Below are positions 56,024-64,000 of a stretch of 64,000 nucleotides of DNA, in pieces. Source of the DNA: a virus; the IMG/VR virus record IMGVR_UViG_3300025104_000001, positions 26,768 to 90,767 of that record. One strand, given 5' to 3'. Numbering within the stretch: position 1 is the stretch's first letter; the number at the start of each line of letters is the position of its first letter. A program made the position numbers and the translations under genes. Under the pieces are notes generated by a model. That model saw only the letters and a list, made by a program, of their open reading frames with translations. It was not told the DNA's origin and did no database searches.

Positions 56024-56764
56024 TTATGCGCTATTCTCTATTACAGTTTCGGCGATAGGGCCATTTGGTGGGACGCCCTCAAATCTTTGAATAACATGAG
56101 GAGTATCGAAATCTGGTTCAAAGAATGTGTTTGCGTCAATCTTGGTGATGATTGCTTTATCTGTTACTGGTCCATAAAAGAACCCCTTTACCGTGAAGTC
56201 AAGAGTCCATTCAATCAATCTGGCATCTTCAAAAGGACCCTCCACGTTATCGTTTAGGGTTACAGAATTCAAAACAATATGAATGTCTCGCTCTAATCCC
56301 AATTCAGGTATTTCCTTTGCTGCTACGGTATATTCGGGTTGGAAGAAGGGTAGAATCTGTTCAACCACTTGCAATCCGTCCTCAAAATATCCTGCGAAGA
56401 TAGTCAGGGTCATGTTTATATCATAAGGCGCAGGAGCATATTGCATCTTAGCAAGATTGCCATTGGGGGTCCTTGTAATGTGGTTTACAGTGTTCTCTTT
56501 TCTGTAACCCGCATATGAAGGTGATCCTGCCTCAAACGCCATTCTAGGGAATGAGTTATTCCACGCTGCTCTCAATGCAGGGTTTTGAATGAAACGCTCC
56601 AATGCCTTATCCTTCTGAACGAATGACAAAGGCACTTTGATTATTTTGTCTGCCCCACCTGGTTCGGCGTTCTTACGGACAATAGAAATGTCGTTGAACA
56701 ACGTGCCGAAGATAGACACATACTTTTTATAGTGTTGGTGATAAAATGGTGCGTGCCCTAGCAT
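56024..56764 (-). CDS. 15: Tail terminator gp15
   Basis: FGTLFNDI, VPL, PRMAFE, QVVEQILPFFQP, WTLDF. Confidence 0.92.
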   Translation of the reverse strand: MLGHAPFYHQHYKKYVSIFGTLFNDISIVRKNAEPGGADKIIKVPLSFVQKDKALERFIQNPALRAAWNNSFPRMAFEAGSPSYAGYRKENTVNHITRTPNGNLAKMQYAPAPYDINMTLTIFAGYFEDGLQVVEQILPFFQPEYTVAAKEIPELGLERDIHIVLNSVTLNDNVEGPFEDARLIEWTLDFTVKGFFYGPVTDKAIITKIDANTFFEPDFDTPHVIQRFEGVPPNGPIAETVIENSA

Positions 56765-57411
56765 TATGGATTCCCGAATGGATTGCGCTCGTCAAACTGA
56801 ATAAAATCGTTTGAAAGTTGTTGTAATGGGTCGTTGTCTGCGTTTGTATCATTAGCCACACTGTCATTGTTCAATAGCCCAGCTGTACCTGCATCCAATA
56901 CAGGTTCGCCCGTATTGACCTGTTGATGATTGTACTTGGCTCTTTCGCACTTGATGAAATAATAAACAGGACTTCCCAATGCCTTGAATTGAAAGTCTGA
57001 AATATCAACCTTGGCGATTCTAAAAATGTCATCAGGGCCTAGGTAATCCCAAGCGGGAATATAGATGTAATCGCCTTCCCTTGGTCTATGTCCAAACACC
57101 CCATCAAAACGTCTAACGCCAACCAAGAACGTACAAGTGTTAGGTTGTACCAAACCAAACTTGGCATATAGGTCATAGTTGCCGTAGGGTTGCTCGAAGT
57201 CCTTTAGATACATTTCAATAACAACAGATTGGCCTAGCTTCTCAAATCTGTTTTCGCCAAACAATGAGTCGTAGTTCGCATCATTGACCTGTTCTACCTT
57301 GATGTAATGAACATCTACGCCAGCAAGCTGCACTAACTCTGTTGCAAGTTCGTGATAAAGGTCTTGCTCGTTGTTTGCATTGATGTGCTGAAAATATGGT
57401 GAAACTGCCAT
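56764..57411 (-). CDS. 14: Neck protein gp14
   Basis: NEQDL, LFGE, KFG, RPREGDYIY, FDERNPFG. Confidence 0.9.
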   Translation of the reverse strand: MAVSPYFQHINANNEQDLYHELATELVQLAGVDVHYIKVEQVNDANYDSLFGENRFEKLGQSVVIEMYLKDFEQPYGNYDLYAKFGLVQPNTCTFLVGVRRFDGVFGHRPREGDYIYIPAWDYLGPDDIFRIAKVDISDFQFKALGSPVYYFIKCERAKYNHQQVNTGEPVLDAGTAGLLNNDSVANDTNADNDPLQQLSNDFIQFDERNPFGNP

Positions 57412-57415
57412 TGCT

Positions 57416-58162
57416 CTAGCCCATTATGAAGTCTACTGGTTCTTGGTGTTCTAAGATCATGGATTCTTCTAGTTCTTTGATCTCTGCTTCTGCTTCTTGA
57501 AGTATACCTTCTGCATCAATTGTCACGCCGCCAACCAACTGAACGTTTCGTAGCTTACGAAGGTTGTTACCCCACTGTCTCTTGATTAGAGCAGTGGCAT
57601 ATTTTTTGAGAAAAGGGTCATTCCACACTCGTGGGAATTCGTCGGGGTCGAGAACTCTTGTTGCTTCAACAACAAAAATCTGACCTTCACGAACCGTATT
57701 CCAGTCAATATCAATGAACAGTCTGTCCATATGACGATTAAAGCGAATGTGCTTCGTTTTTCCAGAAACAACGTTCTTCAATGTCTCACGATAAGACATC
57801 GCCATGCTGTATGTTAAAAGACCATCGCCTTTTAGTGCAAAAGGATATGTGCTAGCCATCAATTGCCATTCAATAGAAAATTGGCTTGATCCTTGATATG
57901 ACGTTTCCAAGACTCGCTGAACACCTACGAATGAGTCATCAATCGGGAAGTATTTGTCTTGAATGACTTGAGCTGTTGCTTCGACTGGCACATACATTTG
58001 GATGCTGCCGTCATGGTGATTTCGACCAAAATATTCCAAGGCAGCATCGACCAAATCCTCGACCTGTTGATTGTCTACGTTGATTTGAATAACGGGCGCA
58101 CCCAAACGGCGCAGGCAATACGCTTTGAACTCTTTTCTTGTTTCTGGTTTAGATGCAGACAT
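57416..58162 (-). CDS. 13: Neck protein gp13
   Basis: YCLRRLGAPVIQINV, LKKYATALIKRQWG.NL. Confidence 0.93.
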   Translation of the reverse strand: MSASKPETRKEFKAYCLRRLGAPVIQINVDNQQVEDLVDAALEYFGRNHHDGSIQMYVPVEATAQVIQDKYFPIDDSFVGVQRVLETSYQGSSQFSIEWQLMASTYPFALKGDGLLTYSMAMSYRETLKNVVSGKTKHIRFNRHMDRLFIDIDWNTVREGQIFVVEATRVLDPDEFPRVWNDPFLKKYATALIKRQWGNNLRKLRNVQLVGGVTIDAEGILQEAEAEIKELEESMILEHQEPVDFIMG

Positions 58163-58186
58163 GTTTATCCACCTAGTTGTTTTTAT

Positions 58187-58194
58187 TATTTATA
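58187..58194 (-). promoter_or_regulatory. T4-type late promoter
   Basis: TATAAATA upstream of gp13. Confidence 0.75.
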
Positions 58195-58195
58195 G

Positions 58196-58225
58196 GAAAG
58201 AAAGCCCCTCGAGGGGCTTTCTTTC
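58196..58225. terminator. Palindromic intrinsic terminator
   Basis: GAAAGAAAGCCCC-TCGA-GGGGCTTTCTTTC. Confidence 0.8.
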
Positions 58226-58541
58226 AAATTTCTGGAGGTTCTTCCGAATAATGAGGCTTTGAAGGCCTGGGCTCAAATGCACTAAGCAACTCTTTATATT
58301 TCTCAAGGTATTGTTCTTGTTCATACCCAAACCTACGGTTCAGGAACAACACCAGATCAGCTTGATTCTTCAAAAACTCTACGGGCGTTTTGCTTTTCAT
58401 AATGCGGCGGATGTAATAGTTCACACCCAACTTAGAGTTCTTCTGTTTGAACAGATTGAAAGCATCCATAACCTTAGGGATACAACCAAATTGTTTGCAA
58501 TGCGCTACTGTCTCGCACTCGTCACAAATTTTCTCGCTCAT
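58224..58541 (-). CDS. Hypothetical protein
   Basis: CDECET..HC..GCIP; ATGA overlap with ligase. Confidence 0.6.
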   Translation of the reverse strand: MSEKICDECETVAHCKQFGCIPKVMDAFNLFKQKNSKLGVNYYIRRIMKSKTPVEFLKNQADLVLFLNRRFGYEQEQYLEKYKELLSAFEPRPSKPHYSEEPPEI

Positions 58542-59896
58542 TTCTCACCCCTCATCGCTTCATCAAAGATTTGAATAATCTTCTCAAGACTATCCGCTTC
58601 GCTCTTATCAAGACGTTCCTCAACAAACCGTGGGAGGAACAGACGCCGAGGACCATTGTCATTGGGCATCAAAGAGTTTGCCCGAACGGTGATGATTTTC
58701 TTGTCAATCCATTCGTCCATCTCTTTGGTGATACGCTCACGGTCCGCATCGCTGAAGCCCGATACATTAGTCTGCACCAAACCATCGGAGCTCTCACAAA
58801 TCAACGAACCAAACCATTTTTCATTTTTGCCGTTGCCTGGATTGAAGCCTCGGACAATCAGATCAACCTCGGCTTCCACCTTCATCTTGATTTGATCCTT
58901 GGACGTACCATCTGCCCAAATTGCTTCGGGGTTCTTGATGACCGTGCCTTCATATCCCATGGCGGTCATTTGAACATAATGTTCAAATGCTTCTTTCAAG
59001 GAGAAGACGATCTTGGTGGGGATGGGAAGGAAGTATTGGCCTTTCAGCTTCTCAACCTTTTTATAACGCTCACGATACGGAACTTCATATTTGCCGCCTG
59101 CTACTGCATTCTCAACAGGCACCTTGTCCCAGATGAAGTAGAACGGTTTCTGGTTCTTCTCAAACGAACCACCCTTGAGAACACTGTTCAAAACACCGTT
59201 GCCGATCTCACGAGGCAAAATCTTCCAACCATCCGGATGTTTTTCTGCCACAAGAAGTTCGCCATGGTAACAATATCCTACATCGGCTACCTTCAAGAAT
59301 TCATCAATGAACGCTTGGAACTCAACATTGGCGAACGTTGTGCCGTTACGACTTGTGATCTTGACTGAGCGATCAGCATAAACGAACACGTTGGCGAACA
59401 TGCCGTCTGCTTTCTCTTGGGAGAAGATTCCGTCTTTCCAATTGAACTTATCAATGTTGCTACCTTTCTGCAAGGAGCAGCGCATGTAAGGATATTCGGG
59501 AATCGTACCAGGGAAAACTCGATTGATTAAACCCACATTGATACCACAACGTAGGTCACCTTTCAGGAGATTTGCTAGAACTTTTGCCTCTTGTTCTAGC
59601 AGTGAAGACATGAGCGATGCGACCTCATCTCGGGCAGCATTACCTGTAATTGCACGGCTTGTTAGACGATCCAGTGTTGCTTCGACTGAGGGCCAAGCAT
59701 CGTTCAAATTCTTAACACCGAAATTCACCACCTCGGGAACCTTCTTGATGCCGTAGACATACTCTGGGCTGTAGGTTCGATTCAGCAGGCGAACAAAGTT
59801 CGGATACTTCTCGCCAAACTCTTTCAGCTTAGCTTCCTTGAACAAACGAGAACCGTCGCTGTTCAAAATTTCAATAAGGGTTGCAAATGTGGTCAT
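58538..59896 (-). CDS. 30: ATP-dependent DNA ligase gp30
   Basis: QEKADG, HGEL, EGTVIK, K.K, LFLPRF..R.DK. Confidence 0.93.
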   Translation of the reverse strand: MTTFATLIEILNSDGSRLFKEAKLKEFGEKYPNFVRLLNRTYSPEYVYGIKKVPEVVNFGVKNLNDAWPSVEATLDRLTSRAITGNAARDEVASLMSSLLEQEAKVLANLLKGDLRCGINVGLINRVFPGTIPEYPYMRCSLQKGSNIDKFNWKDGIFSQEKADGMFANVFVYADRSVKITSRNGTTFANVEFQAFIDEFLKVADVGYCYHGELLVAEKHPDGWKILPREIGNGVLNSVLKGGSFEKNQKPFYFIWDKVPVENAVAGGKYEVPYRERYKKVEKLKGQYFLPIPTKIVFSLKEAFEHYVQMTAMGYEGTVIKNPEAIWADGTSKDQIKMKVEAEVDLIVRGFNPGNGKNEKWFGSLICESSDGLVQTNVSGFSDADRERITKEMDEWIDKKIITVRANSLMPNDNGPRRLFLPRFVEERLDKSEADSLEKIIQIFDEAMRGEK

Positions 59897-60180
59897 TAAA
59901 ACTCCAGTGCTTCAAACTCTTCTTGGGTAATTCCGGAATATGTGTACTCGGTACTATTTGGTCCGTAGGACTCGGTAATTCGCCATTTCACTTTACCATC
60001 AGATCCTTTTTGACCGATTCAGCGCCGATAACCAGCGTCTGACATACCAGCAAACAAATCTTCGCTTTCGTAATTATCAGCCGCCCAATTATCCATACGG
60101 ACAATCTTCGGCTTAATTTAGTTGTCTTTAACTGCTACTTTTGAGTAGAATTTTTCAAAAGCGATGTTTTGTTTGTTCAT
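59896..60180 (-). pseudogene. 94-codon gene with two in-frame stops
   Basis: AAGGAAGGA RBS, ATG 60180, internal TAA (codon 21) and TGA (codon 54), final TAATG coupled to the ligase start. Confidence 0.6.
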
Positions 60181-60237
60181 GATGTTCCTTCCTTGTTGAT
60201 TCAATTTTAAGACAAGACGCACGAGGCGTCTTGTCCT

Positions 60238-60482
60238 TTATTCAACAATCTTGCAGTAGTGACACTGAAAAGAGAAGTAGTCTTTTTCGTAGGTCGTGTC
60301 TGAGCCATGATATCCATATTGAACCCACCAGAGTTCTTCTGTTTTCACAATGTTTCGAATGACAACAACGTCGCCTTTGGAACCATAGGCAGCAGTCCAA
60401 CGAGAACCAACCTCAAGATCTTCCTTTTTTGAAAATGTGTCGGACAACCGCTTTATGCCCATTAATGATTTCAGTTTCCATG
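60238..60482 (-). pseudogene. Hypothetical gene, frameshifted at an A6 run
   Basis: AAGGAG RBS at ATG 60482 (METEIINGHKAVVRHIFKK); removing one A at 60425-60430 joins EDLEVGSRW... Confidence 0.5.
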
Positions 60483-60507
60483 ATATGCTCCTTGTCCCTA
60501 TGCCTCA

Positions 60508-60536
60508 ATTATAGCATAGAACAAGGAGTTGTCTAG
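60508..60536 (-). promoter_or_regulatory. Phage early-type promoter
   Basis: CTAGAC-N17-TATAAT-TGAGGCAT. Confidence 0.65.
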
Positions 60537-60540
60537 AACT

Positions 60541-61968
60541 TTATTCTACCTTGATGCCTGAGAACCTTGGCTTGTTGCCTACACCCAAAGCTGGCTTCTT
60601 GAACTTGATTTCCCCTGTATCTTGGTCAATCTCCTCATCTTTACGCTTAGGACTTCCGTTTGAAACGGGTCGTGTCTTTGTCATCTGAACCTCAGACTCT
60701 GCATCAAACAACCTCATCTTCGAGCGATCAATACCTACAACGAAACGGAGCTTGCTTGCCATGTCTGAAAAGCGATTCTTCAACTGTTTGAACATGACAA
60801 CATTCTGCTCGTCTAGTTCTTCAGTACGAATCATAGCCAAAAGGATATCGGCGGTCATGGCTAGGCCATGGCTGTCTGAAATTTCCTTCAGACCAACATC
60901 TGTCGTATCCGTGCCCTCACGATTCAACTGAGTAGCTGAAACAATAGGCAGATTGTACTCAATAGCCAGACCACGTAGTTCTTCACAAATGGCCTTGACA
61001 TATTGATAAGAGTTCACCATGCCTGCCTTGAATCGGCTTGAAGAACAGATGTTGATGTAGTCAACGTAGATGATGTCTGGCACGAAGTCTTTCTTCAACT
61101 TCAGCTCATTGATGAGCGCCCTGAATTGCGTAACACCCGCACTAGCGGTGGGGTACTCTTTGACAATCAAGCGACCCTTACAGCCATCCAATGCCTTGTT
61201 CAACCGACGTCTGTATTCTTGCAATGACAGATTAGGTAGATCTTGAATCCTCATGTTCAAGATGTTAGCGTCAATGCGCTCCGAGATACGTTCTTCTGCC
61301 ATTTCCATGGTGATATAAAGGACGTTCTTGTCTGCTAAGAGGTTCCGTGCCGCACAATGACAAAGGAACAGAGATTTACCAGCACCAGTTGATGCTGATA
61401 CAACTGCAAGAGTTTTCCGAGGCAAACCTCCGTTTGTGATTTCGTTCAGTGCTTCAATGTCAAAAGGAATCTTGTATTCATTGATTTGATGCAACATTTT
61501 GTAGCGTTGCTCAATCATGGTCATGAAGTCGTGACCGATGTTGGTATCAAATGACACCGATAGAGCATTCTTCAAAATGTCCGGGATCTGGCCTACGTCC
61601 GCCTTATCGTCCTCTATCATTGCAGCGGCGTCTACAATGGCATTGAACAGTGCCTTGTCCTTGCAGAACTTTTCCGTATGCTCAACAAGCCAATCAATCG
61701 AGGGCGCTTTGCTACGCTTTGTCAGTCTATTGACAAGATCAACCGCAGTCTCATAGTCTGATTGTTTTAGTCCTTTCGTGTCCTTGATTTCAATACGTAG
61801 CTCATCTTGAGTAGGTGCCTTGTTGTACTTGGAAACGAACTCTGAGATTTTTGTGAAGACGATAGAATGGGCGTTCTCGCCAAAATACTCATCCTTCAAA
61901 AAAGGGAGAACCCTTCGCATATACTCATCATTGTGCAACAGGTTCTCCAAGATTACTTCTTCTATCAT
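60541..61968 (-). CDS. 41: Replicative helicase gp41
   Basis: ASTGAGKS, YITMEMAEE, VKEYPT, VDYINI, EELRGLA, ATQ, KQLKNR. Confidence 0.95.
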   Translation of the reverse strand: MIEEVILENLLHNDEYMRRVLPFLKDEYFGENAHSIVFTKISEFVSKYNKAPTQDELRIEIKDTKGLKQSDYETAVDLVNRLTKRSKAPSIDWLVEHTEKFCKDKALFNAIVDAAAMIEDDKADVGQIPDILKNALSVSFDTNIGHDFMTMIEQRYKMLHQINEYKIPFDIEALNEITNGGLPRKTLAVVSASTGAGKSLFLCHCAARNLLADKNVLYITMEMAEERISERIDANILNMRIQDLPNLSLQEYRRRLNKALDGCKGRLIVKEYPTASAGVTQFRALINELKLKKDFVPDIIYVDYINICSSSRFKAGMVNSYQYVKAICEELRGLAIEYNLPIVSATQLNREGTDTTDVGLKEISDSHGLAMTADILLAMIRTEELDEQNVVMFKQLKNRFSDMASKLRFVVGIDRSKMRLFDAESEVQMTKTRPVSNGSPKRKDEEIDQDTGEIKFKKPALGVGNKPRFSGIKVE

Positions 61969-61997
61969 TTATTCTCCTAGACCAAAGGACAATTATA

Positions 61998-62339
61998 TCA
62001 GGAATCATCTTGTTTGTCAAATTCTTTCAGACGTTCCATAGCTAGTAAATAATTGATGAGATTACCCACGATAACGTTCAGTTCATCCGACTCCACGTTC
62101 TGTTTGTCCTTGTTCACTGCGGTGTAGTCAATCTCAAGCTGCGAACCTTTCACCTCGACACTACGGAGAATGATGATATGGTCCTTGAAGTCACCATCCT
62201 GAAGCACAACGGCTCCGATGATTTTCTTCTCGTCCATCATGCGAGCTTCTTCATCGCTCTCCACAGGGATCGAATAAAAAGAAGGCACAACCTTCCTCAA
62301 ATCTTGGATAATTGCATAGACATCATTTTTCGTCTGCAT
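61998..62339 (-). CDS. Hypothetical protein, gp40-like by synteny
   Basis: Lies between uvsX and gene 41 as in T4. Confidence 0.5.
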   Translation of the reverse strand: MQTKNDVYAIIQDLRKVVPSFYSIPVESDEEARMMDEKKIIGAVVLQDGDFKDHIIILRSVEVKGSQLEIDYTAVNKDKQNVESDELNVIVGNLINYLLAMERLKEFDKQDDS

Positions 62340-62859
62340 CGGCTTCTCCATGTTCATCAGACATGATGGATTCGTTCATCACCAATTGGTATTTCTTACA
62401 GATGAAGTCCTTGAACTTCTGGTTCTTCAGGATGTCTTCCCAAAATTCTGCCGTGTTTGTTTCCTTGGCACGATACTTGCCTTCAACCAATTCGCCCGTA
62501 TCAGGATCAACCTTCTGATACCAACCCATACTTGGCTTAGTAACGAAGCCTCCCTCAAGGGCAAGGTCTAGCAAACCCGACCAACGGGTAATGCCCCCGT
62601 CAAACATAACAGTCAAAGGAATCTTGGACTTCTCTTTGACGCGACGAGACTTCTCGATGTTGATGGTGAAAGTATAACCTGCAACGTCCGTGCCATCTTT
62701 CTCTTGAGAACGACCAATGATCCAGATGTCGTTTGCAGAATAGTATCCACCGGTATTATGAGTTATGAGACCATTTTCAAGGATGTAGTGTTCGACCTCA
62801 TCAACTGAAATATCAAAGACGGGAACGTTACCGATTGATTTCTTGCTTACCAATTTCAT
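62323..62859 (-). CDS. uvsX: Split-intein C-fragment (35 aa) fused to the C-terminal part of UvsX recombinase
   Basis: MKLVSKKSIGNVPVFDISVDEVEHYILENGLITHN|T (intein blocks F/G), then GGYYSANDIWIIGRSQEKDG..EKSR.VKEKSKIP..GGI..WSGLL. Confidence 0.9.
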   Translation of the reverse strand: MKLVSKKSIGNVPVFDISVDEVEHYILENGLITHNTGGYYSANDIWIIGRSQEKDGTDVAGYTFTINIEKSRRVKEKSKIPLTVMFDGGITRWSGLLDLALEGGFVTKPSMGWYQKVDPDTGELVEGKYRAKETNTAEFWEDILKNQKFKDFICKKYQLVMNESIMSDEHGEADADEK

Positions 62860-62927
62860 TCATTATTTCCTTTGCAATTTGCTTAACATAATTTGTGGGG
62901 TCTTTAGCATGCTTTTCAAATTGCACT

Positions 62928-63851
62928 CTAAAAAACCTTATACCCTAATCCTTCCATGAATTCTTGTTTCACTGCGTCTCTACGCTTTGCTTCTTCCGAT
63001 CTATGCCAAAATTCGCTATCATATTCTATAACAATTTTCAGAGCCGTGTCTACAAAGTCATATTTTACATACCCCAATCCTTTGATGAATTTACCAAATT
63101 CTCTTTCACCGTAATGAGGTTTAACGAATTGAATTTCCTCACACAAGCTATCAAAAAATCTAACCGATGATTTTGAGCAATATGCATAACGAGAGGACAT
63201 AAATTCGGCATACTCGTCTTCAGTTTTACCTTGACTAATCCAATACTCTACACACCATGGTTGATGTTTTCTTCGCTCTTCGGCTGAATACTTTTGAGCA
63301 TATTTGTTGCCATTGCTTGTTTGAAGTGCTGTTACCTTTTCAGCGGCTTCTTCTTCTGAAAGACCACGAGCAATCCAGTAATTCTTATTCCAGCGTGATA
63401 CGGATGAACCATTTGATTTGACTTTTTGATGAAATTTGATTGCGTTCTGAGATTGGGTCTCTTTTACCTTTACAATGGCCTCATCTTTAGTGTAGCCTCG
63501 CTTAACCCAATATTCCACACACCTCGGAGAATTTTCTTTTTGAATTTCACTTGTGAAGCGTCTTGCTTCATCTTCAGAATAACCCCGGACCAACCAATAT
63601 GTTTTGCTTCGTCTAGACCCGCCCAGTTTTCCACTTGGATTAACTATTGACTTTATTATTTTGTAAATTTCCACCATTCCCCTTAGTTCGTTTCCGTGCG
63701 CAAGCAATTTTGAAACGATAATGGGGTTTTTGAGGTTTAGGTCTTTATCAAAAGCAGAATATATCATCAGCATTTCTTCATCTGATGGCTGTTTGTTAAG
63801 GTCAAGTGAAGGGAAATTTTTCTTGTACCATTCTATCGTTTGTTTTTTCAT
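62928..63851 (-). CDS. Free-standing homing endonuclease (YW..RG.SEEEA repeats plus Vsr/DUF559-like domain), C-terminus clipped by a frameshift
   Basis: Repeats; YDF..KIVIEYD..FWH..RD..K..GYKV; removing one T at 62930-62935 extends it to 62828. Confidence 0.78.
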   Translation of the reverse strand: MKKQTIEWYKKNFPSLDLNKQPSDEEMLMIYSAFDKDLNLKNPIIVSKLLAHGNELRGMVEIYKIIKSIVNPSGKLGGSRRSKTYWLVRGYSEDEARRFTSEIQKENSPRCVEYWVKRGYTKDEAIVKVKETQSQNAIKFHQKVKSNGSSVSRWNKNYWIARGLSEEEAAEKVTALQTSNGNKYAQKYSAEERRKHQPWCVEYWISQGKTEDEYAEFMSSRYAYCSKSSVRFFDSLCEEIQFVKPHYGEREFGKFIKGLGYVKYDFVDTALKIVIEYDSEFWHRSEEAKRRDAVKQEFMEGLGYKVF

Positions 63852-63853
63852 AT

Positions 63854-63902
63854 GTGCCTCCTGAATGTACTTTTATATAAAAACTGTTTTTTCAGGAGGC
63901 AC
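63854..63902 (-). promoter_or_regulatory. RBS-sequestering hairpin upstream of the endonuclease
   Basis: GTGCCTCCTGAA...TTCAGGAGGCAC 12-bp inverted repeat covering AGGAGG. Confidence 0.7.
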
Positions 63903-63909
63903 TGGCCTG

Positions 63910-64000
63910 TTAGTGACGGATAAACTCCATATCGTAAGTGAGGTCCTTTGCCATCACCCACTTCTCCGAGCCGTCACCCATTCTAACAAGAAACGGATGT
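63910..64000 (-). CDS. 3' end of the N-terminal gene half ending in a split-intein N-fragment (partial)
   Basis: Manual translation HPFLVRMGDGSEKWVMAKDLTYDMEFIRH*: intein block B His and W..A.DL motif, then stop. Confidence 0.8.
   Translation of the reverse strand, partial: HPFLVRMGDGSEKWVMAKDLTYDMEFIRH

Noticed and set aside
58571-59368. 265-aa plus-strand ORF
   Set aside because: Antisense shadow of DNA ligase
59896-60180. Stop-codon reassignment
   Set aside because: The internal stops are of two types (TAA and TGA), all three stops end normal genes here, and no suppressor tRNA is present
60424-60430. dnaX-type AAAAAAG -1 frameshift
   Set aside because: Joining the frames needs +1, not -1

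Overview
A 64-kb segment of a T4-like myovirus genome. Rz/Rz1 spanins indicate a Gram-negative host. 1-9 kb is an accessory region: thyX, a Ro60-like DUF2828/vWA gene, small ORFs, a tRNA cluster and dCMP deaminase. Next comes a replication/transcription block (RuvC-like resolvase, primase, gp55-47-46, ClpP-like, gp45), then a putative 7-deazaguanine DNA-modification cassette (TGT/DpdA-like, HAD phosphatase, PRTase, QueC, GT2), then PNK, exonuclease, gp33-59-32 and RNase H. The virion block holds gp5.4/5/53/48/4/54/26/51, a tape measure, gp25/6 and gp13-16, plus a lambda-style holin-endolysin-spanin cassette. The window ends with ligase, gp41 and uvsX. Main leads: (1) three short terminal-stem RNAs sharing a UU(U/A)CAGCA motif, two directly upstream of the Ro60-like gene, as candidate Y-RNA analogues; (2) uvsX fractured by a naturally split intein with a free-standing endonuclease between the halves; (3) a glycosyltransferase-containing deazaguanine cassette; (4) a canonical -1 slippery site joining gp26 to gp51 just ahead of the tape measure, as in lambda G/GT; (5) an orphan IS200/IS605 TnpB omegaRNA-like mini-element in the thyX leader. 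All calls come from reading the sequence and recognising motifs. No database searches were run.
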